A stretch of 64,000 nt of DNA from Centroscyllium fabricii (taxonomy: Eukaryota). The position numbers and the translations under genes are program-made. Position 1 is the stretch's first letter. Every line of letters starts with the position of its first letter. Where the stretch lies: positions 91,760,001 to 91,824,000 of the forward strand of contig JBNRSN020000005.1 of assembly GCA_051313645.2 (NCBI GenBank), given 5' to 3'. This document shows, one piece after another, positions 49,542-62,069 of the stretch. A model generated the notes under the pieces. The model was not told where the DNA came from and made no database searches. It was given only the letters and a program-made list of their open reading frames with translations.

Positions 49542-51911
49542 TAACATGGTCGAATTCCAAATTCAATTAGAGGGTGAGAGGGTTGGATCTCAAACAAGGG
49601 TACTGAGCTTAAATAAAGGAGACTATGATGGTATGAGAGCAGAATTGATTAAGGTGGACTGGGAAACAGATTAAAGGGTAAGACGGTACATGATCAGTGG
49701 TGTGTATTCAAGGAATTATTTTATAACTTTCAAGATAAATATATTCCACTGAGGAAAAAGGGGTGTAAAAGTAAAAACAACTATCCGTGGCTAAGTAAAG
49801 TAATAAAGGACAGTATCCGACTAAAAACAAGGTTATATAAGGTAGCTAAATCTAGTGGGAAGATAGAAGATAGGGAAGCTTTTAAATGTCAGCAAAAGAT
49901 AACAAAAAGATTGATTAGGAAAGGGAAGATAGATTATGAAAGTAAGTTAGCAAAAAATATAAAAACAGATAGCAAGAGTTTCTATAGTTACATAAAAAGA
50001 AAAAGGGTGGCTAAAGTAAATGTTGGTCCTTTAGAGGATGAGACCGGGAAATTAATGGTAGGAGACATGGAGATGGCAAAAGCGCTGAACAAATATTTTG
50101 TATCCGTCTTTACAGTGGAGGACACTCAAAATATCCCATTATTGGATAAACAGGTGGCTCTAGGGGGGGAGGAGCTAATTACGTTTAAAGTCACTAAGGA
50201 GGTGGTACTTGGGAAAATTATGGGACTTAAGGAGGATAGATCCCCTGGACCTGATGGCTTACATCCTAGGGTCTTGAAGGAAGTGGCGGTAGGGATTGTG
50301 GATGCGTTAGTAATAATTTTTCAAAACTCACTGGACTCGGCAAAGGTTCCGGCAGATTGGAAAACTGCTAACGTAACGCCCTTATTTAAAAAGGGTAATA
50401 GACAGAAGGCTGGAAATTATAGACCAGTTAGCCTAACATCTGTGGTTGGGAAAATGTTAGAATCTATTATTAAGGAAACAGTAACAGGGCATTTGGATAA
50501 ACACCATTTAATAGGACAAAGTCAGCATGGTTTTACAAAAGGGAAGTCATGTTTGACAAATTTGTTAGAGTTTTTTGAGGACATAACATATAGGGTGGAT
50601 AAAGGGGAACCAGTGGATGTGGTGTATTTGGACTTACAAAAGGCATTTGACAAGGTGCCCCACAGAAGATTATTACTCAAGATAAAAAATCACGGGGTTG
50701 GGGGTAATATTCTGGCATGGGTGGAGGATTGGCTTTCTAACAGAAAACAGAGAGTTGGGATAAATGGTTCGTTCTCAGAGTGGCAGTCAGTCACTAGTGG
50801 TGTTCCGCAAGGGTCGGTGCTGGGACCCCAACTCTTTACAATCTATATTAACGATTTGGAAGAAGGGACCAAGTGCAACATATCAAAGTTTGCGGATGAC
50901 ACAAAAATGGGAGGGAGGGTGATGAATGAGGAGGACATTAAAAACCTGCAAAAGGACATAGATAGGCTAAGTGAGTGGGCAGCGATTTGGCAGATGGAGT
51001 ATAATACTGGAAAATGTGAAGTTATGCACTTTGTCAGGAAAAATAATAGAGCGAGTTATTATCTAAATGGAAAGGAACTGGAAAGTACTTCAGTGCAAAG
51101 GGATCTGGGGGTCCTGGTGCAGGGGACACAGAAAGTTAATATGCAGGTGCAGCAGGTGGTAAGGAAGGCCAACGGAATGTTGGCTTTTATTGCTAAGGGG
51201 ATTGAGTATAAAAGCAGGGAGGTCTTGTTGCAGTTGTACAGGGTATTGGTGAGACCACACCTGGAATACTGCGTGCAGTTCTGGTGTCCCTATTTAAGAA
51301 AGGACATACTTGCTCTCGAGGCAGTGCAGAGAAGATTCACTAGGTTAGTTCCGGGGATGAGGGGGCTAACATATGACGAGAGGCTGAGTGGATTGGGCCT
51401 CTACTCATTGGAGTTCAGAAGAATGAGAGGCGATCTTATTGAAATATAGAAGATTGTGAGAGGGCTTGATCGGGTGGATGCGGTGAGGATGTTCCCAATG
51501 GTGAGTGAGACTAGGACTAGGGGGCATAATCTTAAAATAAAGGGCTCCCATTTTAAAACTGAGATGAGGGGGAACTTCTTTACTCAGAGGGTGGTGCGGC
51601 TGTGGAATTTGCTGCCCCAGAGAGCTGTAGAAGCTACTACGTTGAATAAATTTAAAACGGAGATAGACAGTTTCCTGGAATTAAAGGGAATTAGGGGTTA
51701 TGGTGAACGGGCTGGTAAGTGGACGTGAGGCTAGGTTGAGATCGGCCATGTCTGGTTTTTCACCTCTCCCAGGTGATTACATTGGTTTGGGCGGGGTGGA
51801 GAGTAAAAATAAAATTGAGGTTAGGATCAGATCAGCCATGATCTTATTGAATGGCGGAGCAGGCTCGAGGGGCCGATTGGCCTACTCCTGCTCCTATTTC
51901 TTATGTTCTTA
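49542..51911 (+). mobile_element. Young 5'-truncated CR1 (512-aa open RT frame at 49911-51449)
   Basis: Complete RT motifs; a single stop after DLIEI; (ttcttatg)n tail. Confidence 0.93.
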
Positions 51912-52664
51912 TAGAATCATAGAAGATAGGAGCAGGAGTAGGCCATTCGGCCCCTCGAGCCTGCTCCGCCATTCGATGAGATCATGGCTGATCATCCAAA
52001 CTCAGTACCCCATACCTGCCTTCTCCCCATATCCCTTGATACCTTTAGCTCTAAGAACTATATCTAACTCCTTCTTGAATATATTTAATGACTTGGCCTC
52101 AACTACATTCTGTGGATAGAGAATTCCACAGGTTCACCACTCTCTGGGTGAAGAAACTCTTCCTCATCTCTGTCCTAAATGGCTTACCCCTTATCCTTAG
52201 ACTGTGACCCCTGGTTCTGGACTCTCTAACCATCGGGAACATTCTTCCTGCATCTAGTTTGCCCAGACCTGTCAGAATTTTATAAGTTTCGATGAGATCC
52301 CCTCTCATTCTTCCAAACTCCAGCGAGTATAAGTCCAATCGACCCAATCTCTCCTCATACGTCATTCCTGCCATCCCAGGTATCAGCCTTGTGAATCTTC
52401 GCTGAATTCCTTCCATGGCAAGAACATCCTTCCTCAGATAAGGCGACCAAAACTGCACACAGTACTCAAGGTGTGGTCTCACCAAGGCCCTGTACAACTG
52501 CAGCAGGACATCCTTGTTCCTGTACTCAAACCCTTTCGCTATGAAGGCCAACATACCATTTGCCTTCTTCATCGCCTGCTGCACCTGCATGCTTACCTTC
52601 AGCGACTGGTGCACAAGGATACCCAGGTCTTGTTGCACTTCCCCTTCTCCCAATCTATTGCAAT
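51912..52664 (-). mobile_element. CR1 3' fragment, tail-to-tail with the previous copy
   Basis: RPHLEYC...FFTQRVV; tail at 51912. Confidence 0.9.
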
Positions 52665-53944
52665 CTATGGGAACAATGCAAGAGGCCGAGGACGGTGAGG
52701 TCCGAATGGGAGTGGAGTGGAGAATTAAAGTGACAGGCCACCGGGAGCTCGGGGGCCCCTTACGGACTGAATGGAGGTGTTTCGCAAAGCGGTCACCCAA
52801 TCTGCATTTGGTCACCCCAATGTAGAGGAGACCACATCGTGAGCAGCGAATACAGTATACCAAATTGCAGGAAGTACACATAAATCGCTGTTTCATCTGG
52901 AAGGGGTGTTTGGGACCCTTGGCAGTAGGAAGGGGACAGGTATAAGGGCATGTGTTGCATCTCCTGCGCTTGCACAGAAAGGTGCCGGGCGAAGGGGAAG
53001 GGGTGCTGGGGGTGATAGAGGAGTGGACTAGGGTGTAGCGGAGGGAGCGGTCCCTGTGGAATGCTGAAAGGGGAGGTGAGGGGAAGATGCATTTGGTGGT
53101 GGGATCACGCTGGAGGTGGCGGAAATGGCGGAGGATGATCCGTTAAATGTGGAGGCTGGTGGGTAATAGGTGAGGACAAGGGGAACTCTATCGTGGTTCC
53201 AGGAGGATGGGGCAAGGGTGAGGGCAGAAGTGCGGGAGATAGAAAGGACATACTTGAGGGCCGTGTCAACCACAGTAGAGGGGAATCCTCGGTTGAGGAA
53301 AAAGGAAGACATGTCGGAAGCACTGGTATGGAAGGTGGCATCGTCAGAGCAGATGCGGCAGAGACGGAGAAACTGTGAGAATGAAACAGAGTCCTTACAG
53401 AAGGCTATCGTATACCACTTTTGATATTGTTGAGGGAGATGGCTTATCGGGGGAAGGCAGCAGTAGCCAACTTCCTGGCACCATGGGTGGTTCTGCTGCA
53501 CAGGACAGGAGGAAAAAGAGTGGGAGAGCTATAGTGACAGGGGATTCTATTGTAAGGGGAATAGATAGGCGTTTCTGCGGCCGCAAACCAGACTCCAGGA
53601 TGGTATGTTGCCTCCCTGGTGCAAGGGTCAAGGATGTCTCTGGGCGGCTGCAGGGCATTCTGGAGGGGGAGGGTGAACAACCAGTTGTCGTGGTGCATAT
53701 AGGTATCAAGGATATAGGTAAAAAACGGGATAAGGTCCTAAAAGCTGAATATAGAGAGTTAGGAGGTAAATTAAAAAATAGGACCTCAAAGGTAGTAATC
53801 TCAGGATTGCTACCAATGCCACGTGCTAGTCAGAGTAGAAATAGAAGGATATTTCAGATGAATACGTGGTTAGAGGAATGGTGCAAGGGGGAGGGATTTA
53901 AATTCCTGGGACATTGGAACTGGGTCTGGGGGAGGTGGGACCAG

Positions 53945-54343
53945 TACATAGAAACATAGAAGATAGGAGCAGGAGCAGGCCACTCGGCCCCTCGAGCCTG
54001 CTCCGCCATTCAACGAGATCATGGCTGATCATCCAAACCCAGTACCCCGTGTCCCTGTCCTGTCCCCATATCCCTCTCGAGCCTGCACCGACACACATCC
54101 CACCCTATCCCCGCAACCCCACACACTTAATCCCCCTAACACTAAGGGTCAATTTATCATGGCCAATCAACCTAACCCGCACATCTTTGGACTGTGGGAG
54201 GAAACCGGAGCACCCGGAGGAAACCCACACAGACACGGGGAGAATGTGCAAACTCCACACAGATAGTACCCGAGGCTGGATTTGAACCCGGGTCTCTAGT
54301 GCTGTAAGGCAACAATGCTAACCACTATGCCACCGTGCCGCCC
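53945..54343 (-). mobile_element. HE1-like V-SINE, full length, inside CR1 ORF1
   Basis: Reverse complement of the 20093-20470 SINE. Confidence 0.88.
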
Positions 54344-56234
54344 AAACTGGATGGTTTGCACCTGGGCGGGACTGGGACCGATGTCCGAGGGGGAGTGTTT
54401 GCTAGTGCTGTTGGGGAGGGTTTAAACTAAAATGGCAGGGGGTTGGGAACCTGTGCAGCGAGACAGAGGAAAGGGAAGCAAGGATAGAAACAAAAGACAG
54501 GAAGGAGAAAAGCAAAAGTGGAAGGTAGAGAAATCAAGGGTGTAAATCAAACAGGGTTACAGTAAATAATAATTCTAAAAGGACTGAGAGTGTTAAAAAA
54601 TCAAGCCCGAAGGCTGTGTGCCTTAATGCGAGGAACATACGTAATAAGGTGGATTAATTAGCTGCGCAAATAGATGTAAACGGATATGATATAATTGGAA
54701 TTACAGAGACATGGCTCCAGGGTGACCAAGGCTGGGAATTCAACATCCAGGGGTATCAACATTCAGGAAGGACAGGCAAAAAGGAAAAGGTGGGGTAGCA
54801 TTGCTGGTTAAAGAGGAGATTAACACAATAGTAAGGAAGGATATTAGCTCTGATGATATGCAATCTGAATGGGTAGAGCTGAGAAATACCATGGGGCAGA
54901 AAACATGAGTGGGGGCTGTATACAGGCCCCCCAAACAGTAATGCGGAGGTTGGGGATGGCATTAAACGGGAAATTAGTGACACGTGCAATAAGGGTACAG
55001 CAGTTATCATGGGTGACTTTAATCTATATATAGACTGGGCCAACCAAATAAGTAGCAATACTGTGGAGGAGGAATTCCTAGAGTGTATACGGGATGGTTT
55101 CTTGGAACCAACTAGAGATCAGGCCATCTTAGACCAGGTATTATGTAATGAAAAAGGATTCATTAGCAATGTTGTTGTGCGAGGCCCCTTGGGGAAGAGC
55201 AATCATAATATGATAAAATTCTTCATTAAGATGGAGAATGAAGTAGTTGACTGAGAGACTAGGGTCCTCAATTTAAATTTAAATAAAGGAAACTACAATG
55301 GTATGAGGCGCGAGTTGGCTAGGATGGATTGGGGAACATTACTTAAAGGGTTGACGGTGGATAATGGCAAACATTCAAAGACTGCATGGATGAACTACAG
55401 AATTTGTTCATCCCTGTTTGGCATAAAAATAAAACAAAAAAGCTGACTCAACTGTGGCTAACAAGGGAAATTAGGGATAGCATAAAATCCAAGGAGAGGA
55501 CATATAAATTGGCCAGAAAAAGCAGCAAACCTGATGATTGGGAGCAGTTTAGGATTCAGCAAAAGAGGACAGAGGGATTCATTAAGAGGGGGAAAATAGA
55601 ATGCGAGAGTAAGCTTGCAAGGAACATAAAAACTGACTGTAAAAGCTTCTATAGATATGTAAAGAGAAAAAGATTGGTGAAGTCAAGCGTAGGTCCGCTG
55701 CAGTTAGATTCAGGGGAATTTATAATGGGGAACAAAGAAAAGGCAGACCAATTAAATACATACTTTGGTTCTGTCTTCACAAAGGACACAAATAACCTTC
55801 CAGGAGATGTCGGGGAACATAGGGTCTAATGAGAGAAAGAAATTGAATGAAATCAGAATTTTCAGGAAAATGGTGTTAGGGAAATTGACGGCATTGAAGG
55901 CCGATAAATCCCCAGGGCCCGAGAATCTACATCCTAGGGTGCTTAAAGAAGTGGCCCTAGAAATAGTAGATGCATTGATGGTCATATTGTAGTGCATGCA
56001 GGCCTGAAGAACCACGCTGGAGCCAGTAGGACAGAAAACACTTGTTTATTACATTGCATGGCCAGGTAGGAAAGAGACTGAACCACCTGGAGCAGGCTTA
56101 TTTAAAGCGCCCGCGGTTGGTGATGTCATCACGCCGGAAGTCGCAGTGACGTCATCGTGTCACCCGATGGGCGGGGCTGTGCCCCGCAGTACTCCCGAGG
56201 CGGATTCGATGCCTTTGGTGGGCGTGTCGCCACA

Positions 56235-56250
56235 CAGCTCCCCCCCAGAA
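56235..56250 (-). promoter_or_regulatory. Polypurine tract
   Basis: Minus strand TTCTGGGGGGGAGCTG immediately before the 3' LTR. Confidence 0.75.
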
Positions 56251-56312
56251 TCTGTACGGGAGAATAAAGTAAAATAAAAAAGGGAGAATAAAGTAAAAAT
56301 AAAAAATGAGTC

Positions 56313-57928
56313 TCATGAAAGGCGTTGAGGTGGCCGGATGATGCGGCCGGCACGTGTCGTGCGCTGCTCCTTGTTCTGCGGTGGAGTGTGGGCGGTTTTT
56401 GGTGCGGGAGGGCGTCCGCGTTTTGGTGGCTGCGCGGGGACTGTTGTCTCACCTGCTATTACGTGTGCTGGCTTCAGCCGGTCTATTGAGATGGTTTCAG
56501 TCCTGTTGCCCATTTTCAGTTCGAAAGCTTTAGCTCCCGCCCGAAGCACTCTGTACGGTCCATCATACGGTGGCTGTAGTGGCGATCGATGTGCGTCGTG
56601 GCGGCCAAACACATATTTGGCATTTTTAATGCCGTCCGGTACACGTGCTGCCGGCTCTCCGTGCCGGGCCACCGGTAGCGGTTTGAACGCTCGTGCCTGG
56701 TTGTTGAAGTCCTTGAGGTATTGGTCTGCTGACCAGGGAGCGTTTGGCTCTGCGAGGAACTCGCCTGGCACGGTTAGAGTTTGGCCATAGACGAGTTCCG
56801 CTGCTGAGGCGTGCAGGTCTTCTTTGGCCGCTGAGCGTAGGCCGAGCATTACCCAGGGCAGGCGGTCTGTCCAAGTTGAGTCCTTAAGACTGGCCCGCAG
56901 GGATGCCTTGATGGAGCGGTGGAACCGTTCGCAGAGTCCGTTGGACTGTGGGTGGTAAGCGGTGGTTCGGTGTAGGGTTACCCCAAGGTCGCGGGCGATG
57001 GTCGCCCATAGTGTAGACGTGAATTGGGGGCCTCTGTTCGACGTGATGTCGGTGGGTACGCCGAAACGCGCGACCCAGGTGGCGATGAAAGCCCTGGCCA
57101 GGTCCGTGGTGCTGGTAGTGACGAGTGGGACCGCTTCTGGCCAGCAAGTGGTGCGGTCGACCATGGTCATGACGTGTGTGTGTCCCAGTGATGGCGGTAG
57201 TGGTCCGACCAGGTCGATGTGGACGTGGTCGAAGCGTCTAGCTGGTATGAACGTTTCCAGTGGTGCCTTGATGTGCTTGTGCACATTGGCGCGCTGGCAG
57301 GCAGTGCAGGCGTTGGTCCAGGCGCGGACATCCTTGCGCAGGCCGCGCCAGACGAAACGTGCCGAAATCAGCTTGGTGGACGCGCGTGTGCCAGGGTGGG
57401 ACAGGCCATGGAGGGTCTGGAAAATGTGTCGCCTCCATGCGTGGGGGACGACGGGTCTGGGCTGCGGGAGGGAGACGTCGCAGCAGACCGCGGTGGCTGT
57501 GGGCCCGTGTGCTACGCTGGCCAAGTGCAGGCCGGGGAGGTTGGTAGCTGGGTCGAGCAGGTCTGGGTCTGTTAGTTGGTCGGTTGCCAGTTTGGCGTAG
57601 TCGACCGCCGTTTGTACGGCGTTGATGGTGGGACGTGACAGGCAGTCAGCGACCACGTTGTCGCGGCCGGCGATGTGCTGTATGTCGGTGGTAAATTCCG
57701 ACACGGCCGCGAGCTGGCGCTGCTGCCTGGCCGACCAGGGTTCGGCGATCTTAGCCATTGCGGACACGAGTGGCTTGTGATCAACGAAGGCTGTAAAATA
57801 GCGGCCCTCTAAGAGGAAGTGGAAGTGGCGCACTGCGAGGTAGAGAGCGAGTAGCTCCCTATCGAAGGCGCTGTACTTGACCTCTGGGGGCCGAAGTTGC
57901 CGGCTGAAAAAGGCCAGGGGTTGCCGGT
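56313..57928 (-). pseudogene. Gypsy RNase H C-terminus and integrase (frameshifted continuation of pol)
   Basis: QPLAFFSRQL, DHKPL, HHCC (HGLSH...CTAC), HIDLVGP / TSNRG / NGLCERFH, GPY, PKRGRP. Confidence 0.88.
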
Positions 57929-60115
57929 CTACTGCTCAAAGACCGCTCCGACAGCGTGGTCGGAGGCGTCGGTGGTGAGGGCCACTCTGGCGTTGGGCCT
58001 AGGGTGGGCTAGGAGCGTGGCGTTGGCCAGGGCGGTTTTGGTTGCGGTGAAGGCGGTGGTGGCTTCGGCCGTCCACTCGACCGCAGTTTTGTTGGACTGC
58101 CCGCGTGTGGCCTGGTAAAGGGGTGCCATGAGAGCGGCTGCTCCTGGGATGAAGCGGTTATAAAAATTAACCATCCCTAGGAATTCCTGCAGCCCCTTGA
58201 TGGAGTGCGGGCGGGGGAATTCCTGGACCGCCTGCACCTTGGAGGGCAGGGGTATGGCCCCGGTTTGGGAAATGCGGTGGCCGAGGAAGTCGATCGTCTC
58301 GAGGCCAAATTGGCATTTAGAGGGGCTTAATATGGGACCGTGTTCGGTCAGGCGTTGGAACAGGGTCCTGAGATGGAGGAGGTGTTCCTGGGGGGAGGTG
58401 CTGGCCACGAGGATGTCGTCTAGGTAGACGAACATGAACTGCAAGTCCCGTAGGACTGAGTCCATGAGGCGTTGGAAGGCCTGGGCTGCGTTTTTAAGTC
58501 CGAAGGGCATTCGGAGGAATTCGAACAGTCCGAAAGGGGTGATGACGGCTGTCTTAGGGACATCCGCTGGGTGCACTGGTACCTGGTGGTAGCCCCGTAC
58601 CAGGTCGATCTTAGAGAAGATCGTGCAGCCCGCTAGCCTGGCGGAGAAATCTTGGATGTGGGGTACGGGGTACCTGTCTGGGGTGGTGGCGTTGTTGAGG
58701 CGGCGGTAGTCTCCGCAGGGGCGCCAACCACCGCCCGGCTTGGGGGCGATGTGGAGGGGGGAGGCCCAGGGGCTGTTGGAGCGGCGGATTATGCCGAGTT
58801 GTTCCATAGTGCGGAACTCGGTACGCGCGATTTCCAGTTTGGCCGGGTCCAGCCTGCGGGCGTGGGCATGGACGGGAGGGCCGGTGGTGGTGATGAAATG
58901 CTCCACCCCGTGTTTGGCCGTGCGGGCTGTGAAGGTGGGGTTGGTGAGGGCTGGGAACTCCGCGAGGAGCGTGCCGTACGTGTCGGAGTTCCGGGCTCGG
59001 CAGTGTGCCGCTGCGTGGGCCTGGCGTGCCGGCCCTGTGGAGCATGGGATGGTCGACATGTTGTGTATGTCGACCAGTCGGCGCCGGGTCATGTCGACCA
59101 GGAGGCCGTGGGCGCATAGGAAATCTGCCCCGAGGAGGGGTAGTTTGACCTGGGCGGTGATGAAGTCCCAGTGGTACGTGTGGCCTGCTAGCTTGATGAT
59201 GAGCTTGCGGGTGCCGTACGTCTTTATTTCGGAGCCGTTTGCGGCTTCGAGTGGCGGGCCCCGGGTGCCTTGTTTGGCTTCTGCAGTGGAGGCTGGCACA
59301 TTGCTGTGCTGCGCGCCTGTGTCGCAGAGGAACCGGAGGCCTGTGCCGCTGTCTGTGACGTAGAGCAGTGATCCAGAGTGGCCTACAGACATGGTGGTGC
59401 TTGAGCCGGGCTGGGGTTTGAAAGTGCAGGACTGGACGCAGCATTGCGCTTTGGATTCAAACCGGGTGTGGTAGTAGCACCAACCGGTGATCGATGTGCG
59501 CGGCCTTTTGCGGGGTCGCGTTGGCCTGGGTTCAGGCCTGGGGTCGGACCTGGGGTGCGCGTAGCGGGGCTCGGCTGCCATAGCAGCGGGCTCGCACGTG
59601 GCGGAGCGGGAGCGCTCGGCCGTCATGAGCTTGTTGGCCTCCTCAGCCAGCTGTTCTCCGCTGCAGTGGCAGAGGGCCGTCAGAGCCGGTCTGACGGAAG
59701 GGGGCAGTTTGAGGAGGAACAAGGCGCGCTTGATGGAGGCTGGGTCTGAGTTCAGCGCTTCCATTTGGGCCCAAAGGTCCGATGGGTCTGCGTCCCCGAG
59801 TTCGGGGAGGTTGATGAGCTGGCAGTCGCGCTCGAATTGGGAGGGGGTGAATTTTTTAAGCAGCGCGGCCTTAAGGAATTCGTACCTGCCTGCTGCTGGT
59901 GCACGCTGTAACGTTGGCCACATCCGATCGACCGTGGTCTGCGGTAGGGCCGAGAAGAGCAGGTCGTAGCGATCATCCCCCTGGATGCGGCAGCTGGTTT
60001 CGATACACAGGAACCAGGCCGCTGGGCGTAGCTCCCAGAACTCCGGTAGAGTTAATCTGTGGCCGGATTTCTGGCCCAGTCTTTGAGGTCGTGCAGCTTG
60101 GCTTCCTGAAGGCAT
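57929..60115 (-). CDS. Gypsy gag-protease-RT ORF (ends at a premature stop in RNase H)
   Basis: LPEFW gag start, CYYH...C...C knuckle, LCDTGA protease, RMPFGLKNA and YLDDIL RT, TDAS RNase H. Confidence 0.9.
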   Translation of the reverse strand: MPSGSQAARPQRLGQKSGHRLTLPEFWELRPAAWFLCIETSCRIQGDDRYDLLFSALPQTTVDRMWPTLQRAPAAGRYEFLKAALLKKFTPSQFERDCQLINLPELGDADPSDLWAQMEALNSDPASIKRALFLLKLPPSVRPALTALCHCSGEQLAEEANKLMTAERSRSATCEPAAMAAEPRYAHPRSDPRPEPRPTRPRKRPRTSITGWCYYHTRFESKAQCCVQSCTFKPQPGSSTTMSVGHSGSLLYVTDSGTGLRFLCDTGAQHSNVPASTAEAKQGTRGPPLEAANGSEIKTYGTRKLIIKLAGHTYHWDFITAQVKLPLLGADFLCAHGLLVDMTRRRLVDIHNMSTIPCSTGPARQAHAAAHCRARNSDTYGTLLAEFPALTNPTFTARTAKHGVEHFITTTGPPVHAHARRLDPAKLEIARTEFRTMEQLGIIRRSNSPWASPLHIAPKPGGGWRPCGDYRRLNNATTPDRYPVPHIQDFSARLAGCTIFSKIDLVRGYHQVPVHPADVPKTAVITPFGLFEFLRMPFGLKNAAQAFQRLMDSVLRDLQFMFVYLDDILVASTSPQEHLLHLRTLFQRLTEHGPILSPSKCQFGLETIDFLGHRISQTGAIPLPSKVQAVQEFPRPHSIKGLQEFLGMVNFYNRFIPGAAALMAPLYQATRGQSNKTAVEWTAEATTAFTATKTALANATLLAHPRPNARVALTTDASDHAVGAVFEQ

Positions 60116-60200
60116 GTTGGTTGGAAGTGCTCTGAGGCAGCTTGGCCCTCAGACCTGCAGCAACTGCTTCATTTCTGTTCTCTTGGAAGACGTTCCAAGT

Positions 60201-60212
60201 TCGGGGTCACCA
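60201..60212 (-). promoter_or_regulatory. Primer-binding site, tRNA-Trp type
   Basis: TGGTGACCCCGA one base after the 5' LTR, complementary to the tRNA-Trp 3' end (...UCGGGGUCACCA). Confidence 0.8.
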
Positions 60213-62069
60213 CTGTAGTGCATGCAGGCCTGAAGAACCACGCTGGAGCCAGTAGGACAGAAAACACTTGTTTATTACATTGCATGGCCAGGTAGGAAAG
60301 AGACTGAACCACCTGGAGCAGGCTTATTTAAAGCGCCCGCGGTTGGTGATGTCATCACGCCGGAAGTCGCGGTGACGACATCGCGTCACCCGATAGGCGG
60401 GGCTGTGCCCCGCAGTACTCCCGAGGTGGATTCGATGCCTTTGGTGGGCGTGTCGCCACAATATTCCAAAATTCAATAGACTCTGGAACGGTTCCCATGG
60501 ATTGGAGGGTAGGTAATGTAACCCCACTATTTAAAAAAGGTGGTGGGGGAAAACGGGGAATTATAGACCAGTAAGCCTGACATCGGTATTGGGGAAAATG
60601 CTAGAGTCCATTATAAAAGATGTAATAGCAGAGCACTGGAAAACAGTGACAGGATCGGACAAAGTCAACATGGATTTACAAAAGGTAAATCGTGCTTGAC
60701 TAATATACTGGAATTTTTTGAGGATATAACTGGTAAAATAGATAAGGGAGAACCAGTGGATGTTGTGTTTTTGGAATTTCAGAAGACTTTTGATAAGGTC
60801 CCGCATAAGAGATTAGCGTGCAAAGTTAAAGCACATGGGATTGGGGTAAGGTACTGACTTGGATAGAGAACTAGTTGGCAGACAGGAAGCAAAGAGTTGG
60901 AATAAACGGGTCTTTTTCCCAGTAGGCAGGCAGTGACCAGTGGGGTACCGCAGGGATCGGTGCTAGGACCCCAGTTATTCACAATATATATTAATGATCT
61001 AGACAAGGGAACTAGATGTAATATCTCCAAATTTGCAGACGACACAAAGCTGGGTGGGTGCGTGTGCTGTGAGGACGATGCTGAGAAACTGCAGTATGAT
61101 TTGGACAGGTTGGGTGATTGGGCAGATGCAGTATAATGTGGATAAATGTGAGGTTATCCACTTTGGTGGCAAAAACAGGAAGACAGATTATTATCGGAAT
61201 GACAATAGATTGGGAAAAGGGGAAGTGCAACGAGACCTTGGTGTCCTTGTGCACCAGTTGCTGAAGGCAAGCATGCAGCTGCAGCAGGTGGTTAAAAAGG
61301 CAAATGGTATGTTGGCCTTCATAGCGAGAGGATTCGAGTACAGGAGCAAGGATGTCTTGCTGCAGTTGTACAGGGCCTGGTTGAGACCAGACCGTGAGTA
61401 TTGTGTGCAGTTTTGGTTGCCGTATCTGAGGAAGGATGTCGTTGCCATGGAGGGAGTGCAGCAAAGCTTCACCAGACTGATACCTGGGATGGCAGGAATG
61501 ACGTATGAAGAGAGATTGGGTCGATTAGGCTTATATTCGCTGGAGTTCAGAAAAATGAGAGGGGATCTCATTGAAACTTATAAAATTCTAACAGGACTGG
61601 ACAGACTAGATGCAGGAAGGATGTTCCCAATGGCGGGGGAGTCCAGAACCAGGGGTCACAGTCTAAGGATAAGGGGTAAGCCATTTAGGACAGAGATGGG
61701 GAGGAATTTCTTCACCCAGAGAGTGGTGAACCTGTGGAATTCTCTACCACAGAAGGCCGTAGAGGCCAATTCATTAAATATATTCAAGAAGGAGTTGGAT
61801 ATATTTCTTAAGGCTAAAGGGATCAAGCGATATGGGGAGAAGACAGGGACAGGGTACTGAATGTGGATGATCAGCCATGATCTCATTAAATGGTGGAACA
61901 GGCTCGAGGGGCCAAATGGCCTTCTCCTGCTCCTATCTTCTATGTTTCTATGCTGCCACCAGTATTATAAAAGCTGATGAAAAGTGCATAATTCTGTTAT
62001 CCTAATATTTTCCTGGAAATCAAGCTTTGCAAGTCCAGTGGAAAAGTCCATAATGGTCGATTATAATTA

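Larger units (their letters stand above)
49080..53410 (-). mobile_element. Penelope-like element (GIY-YIG end), itself split by two CR1s
   Basis: TATACCACTTT on both sides (49069-49079 and 53411-53421); NLVYCIRCSRCGLLYIGVTKCRLGDRF; SFSQFLRLCRICS; PLE parts at 49080-49541 and 52665-53410. Confidence 0.85.
55988..60460 (-). mobile_element. Gypsy (Ty3; Mag-like) LTR retrotransposon, structurally complete
   Basis: 247-bp TG...CA LTRs (55988-56234 and 60214-60460); ATAT TSD; host CR1 frame VIFQNS restored on removal; PBS and PPT present. Confidence 0.96.
48281..61948 (+). mobile_element. Full-length CR1 (5' UTR, ORF1 Zn-finger/esterase, ORF2 EN-RT), fragmented by nested insertions
   Basis: TATGCT on both flanks; ORF1 CSSC...CGKC (48745-49079) and GDSIVRG...CLPGA (53422-54430); ORF2 pieces [25 protein letters not shown], then RT and tail at 60465-61948; about 4.5 kb remains once the inserts are removed. 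Confidence 0.85.

Noticed and set aside
52099-52896. 265-aa ORF fusing a GIY-YIG nuclease to a CR1 RT C-terminus (apparent novel chimeric protein)
   Set aside because: Chance in-frame junction where a truncated CR1 interrupts the Penelope at about 52664; both parts are fragments with no promoter or splice support
56338-59969. Long antisense and alternative-frame ORFs over the Gypsy element
   Set aside because: Expected shadow ORFs of GC-rich coding sequence, with no recognisable motifs
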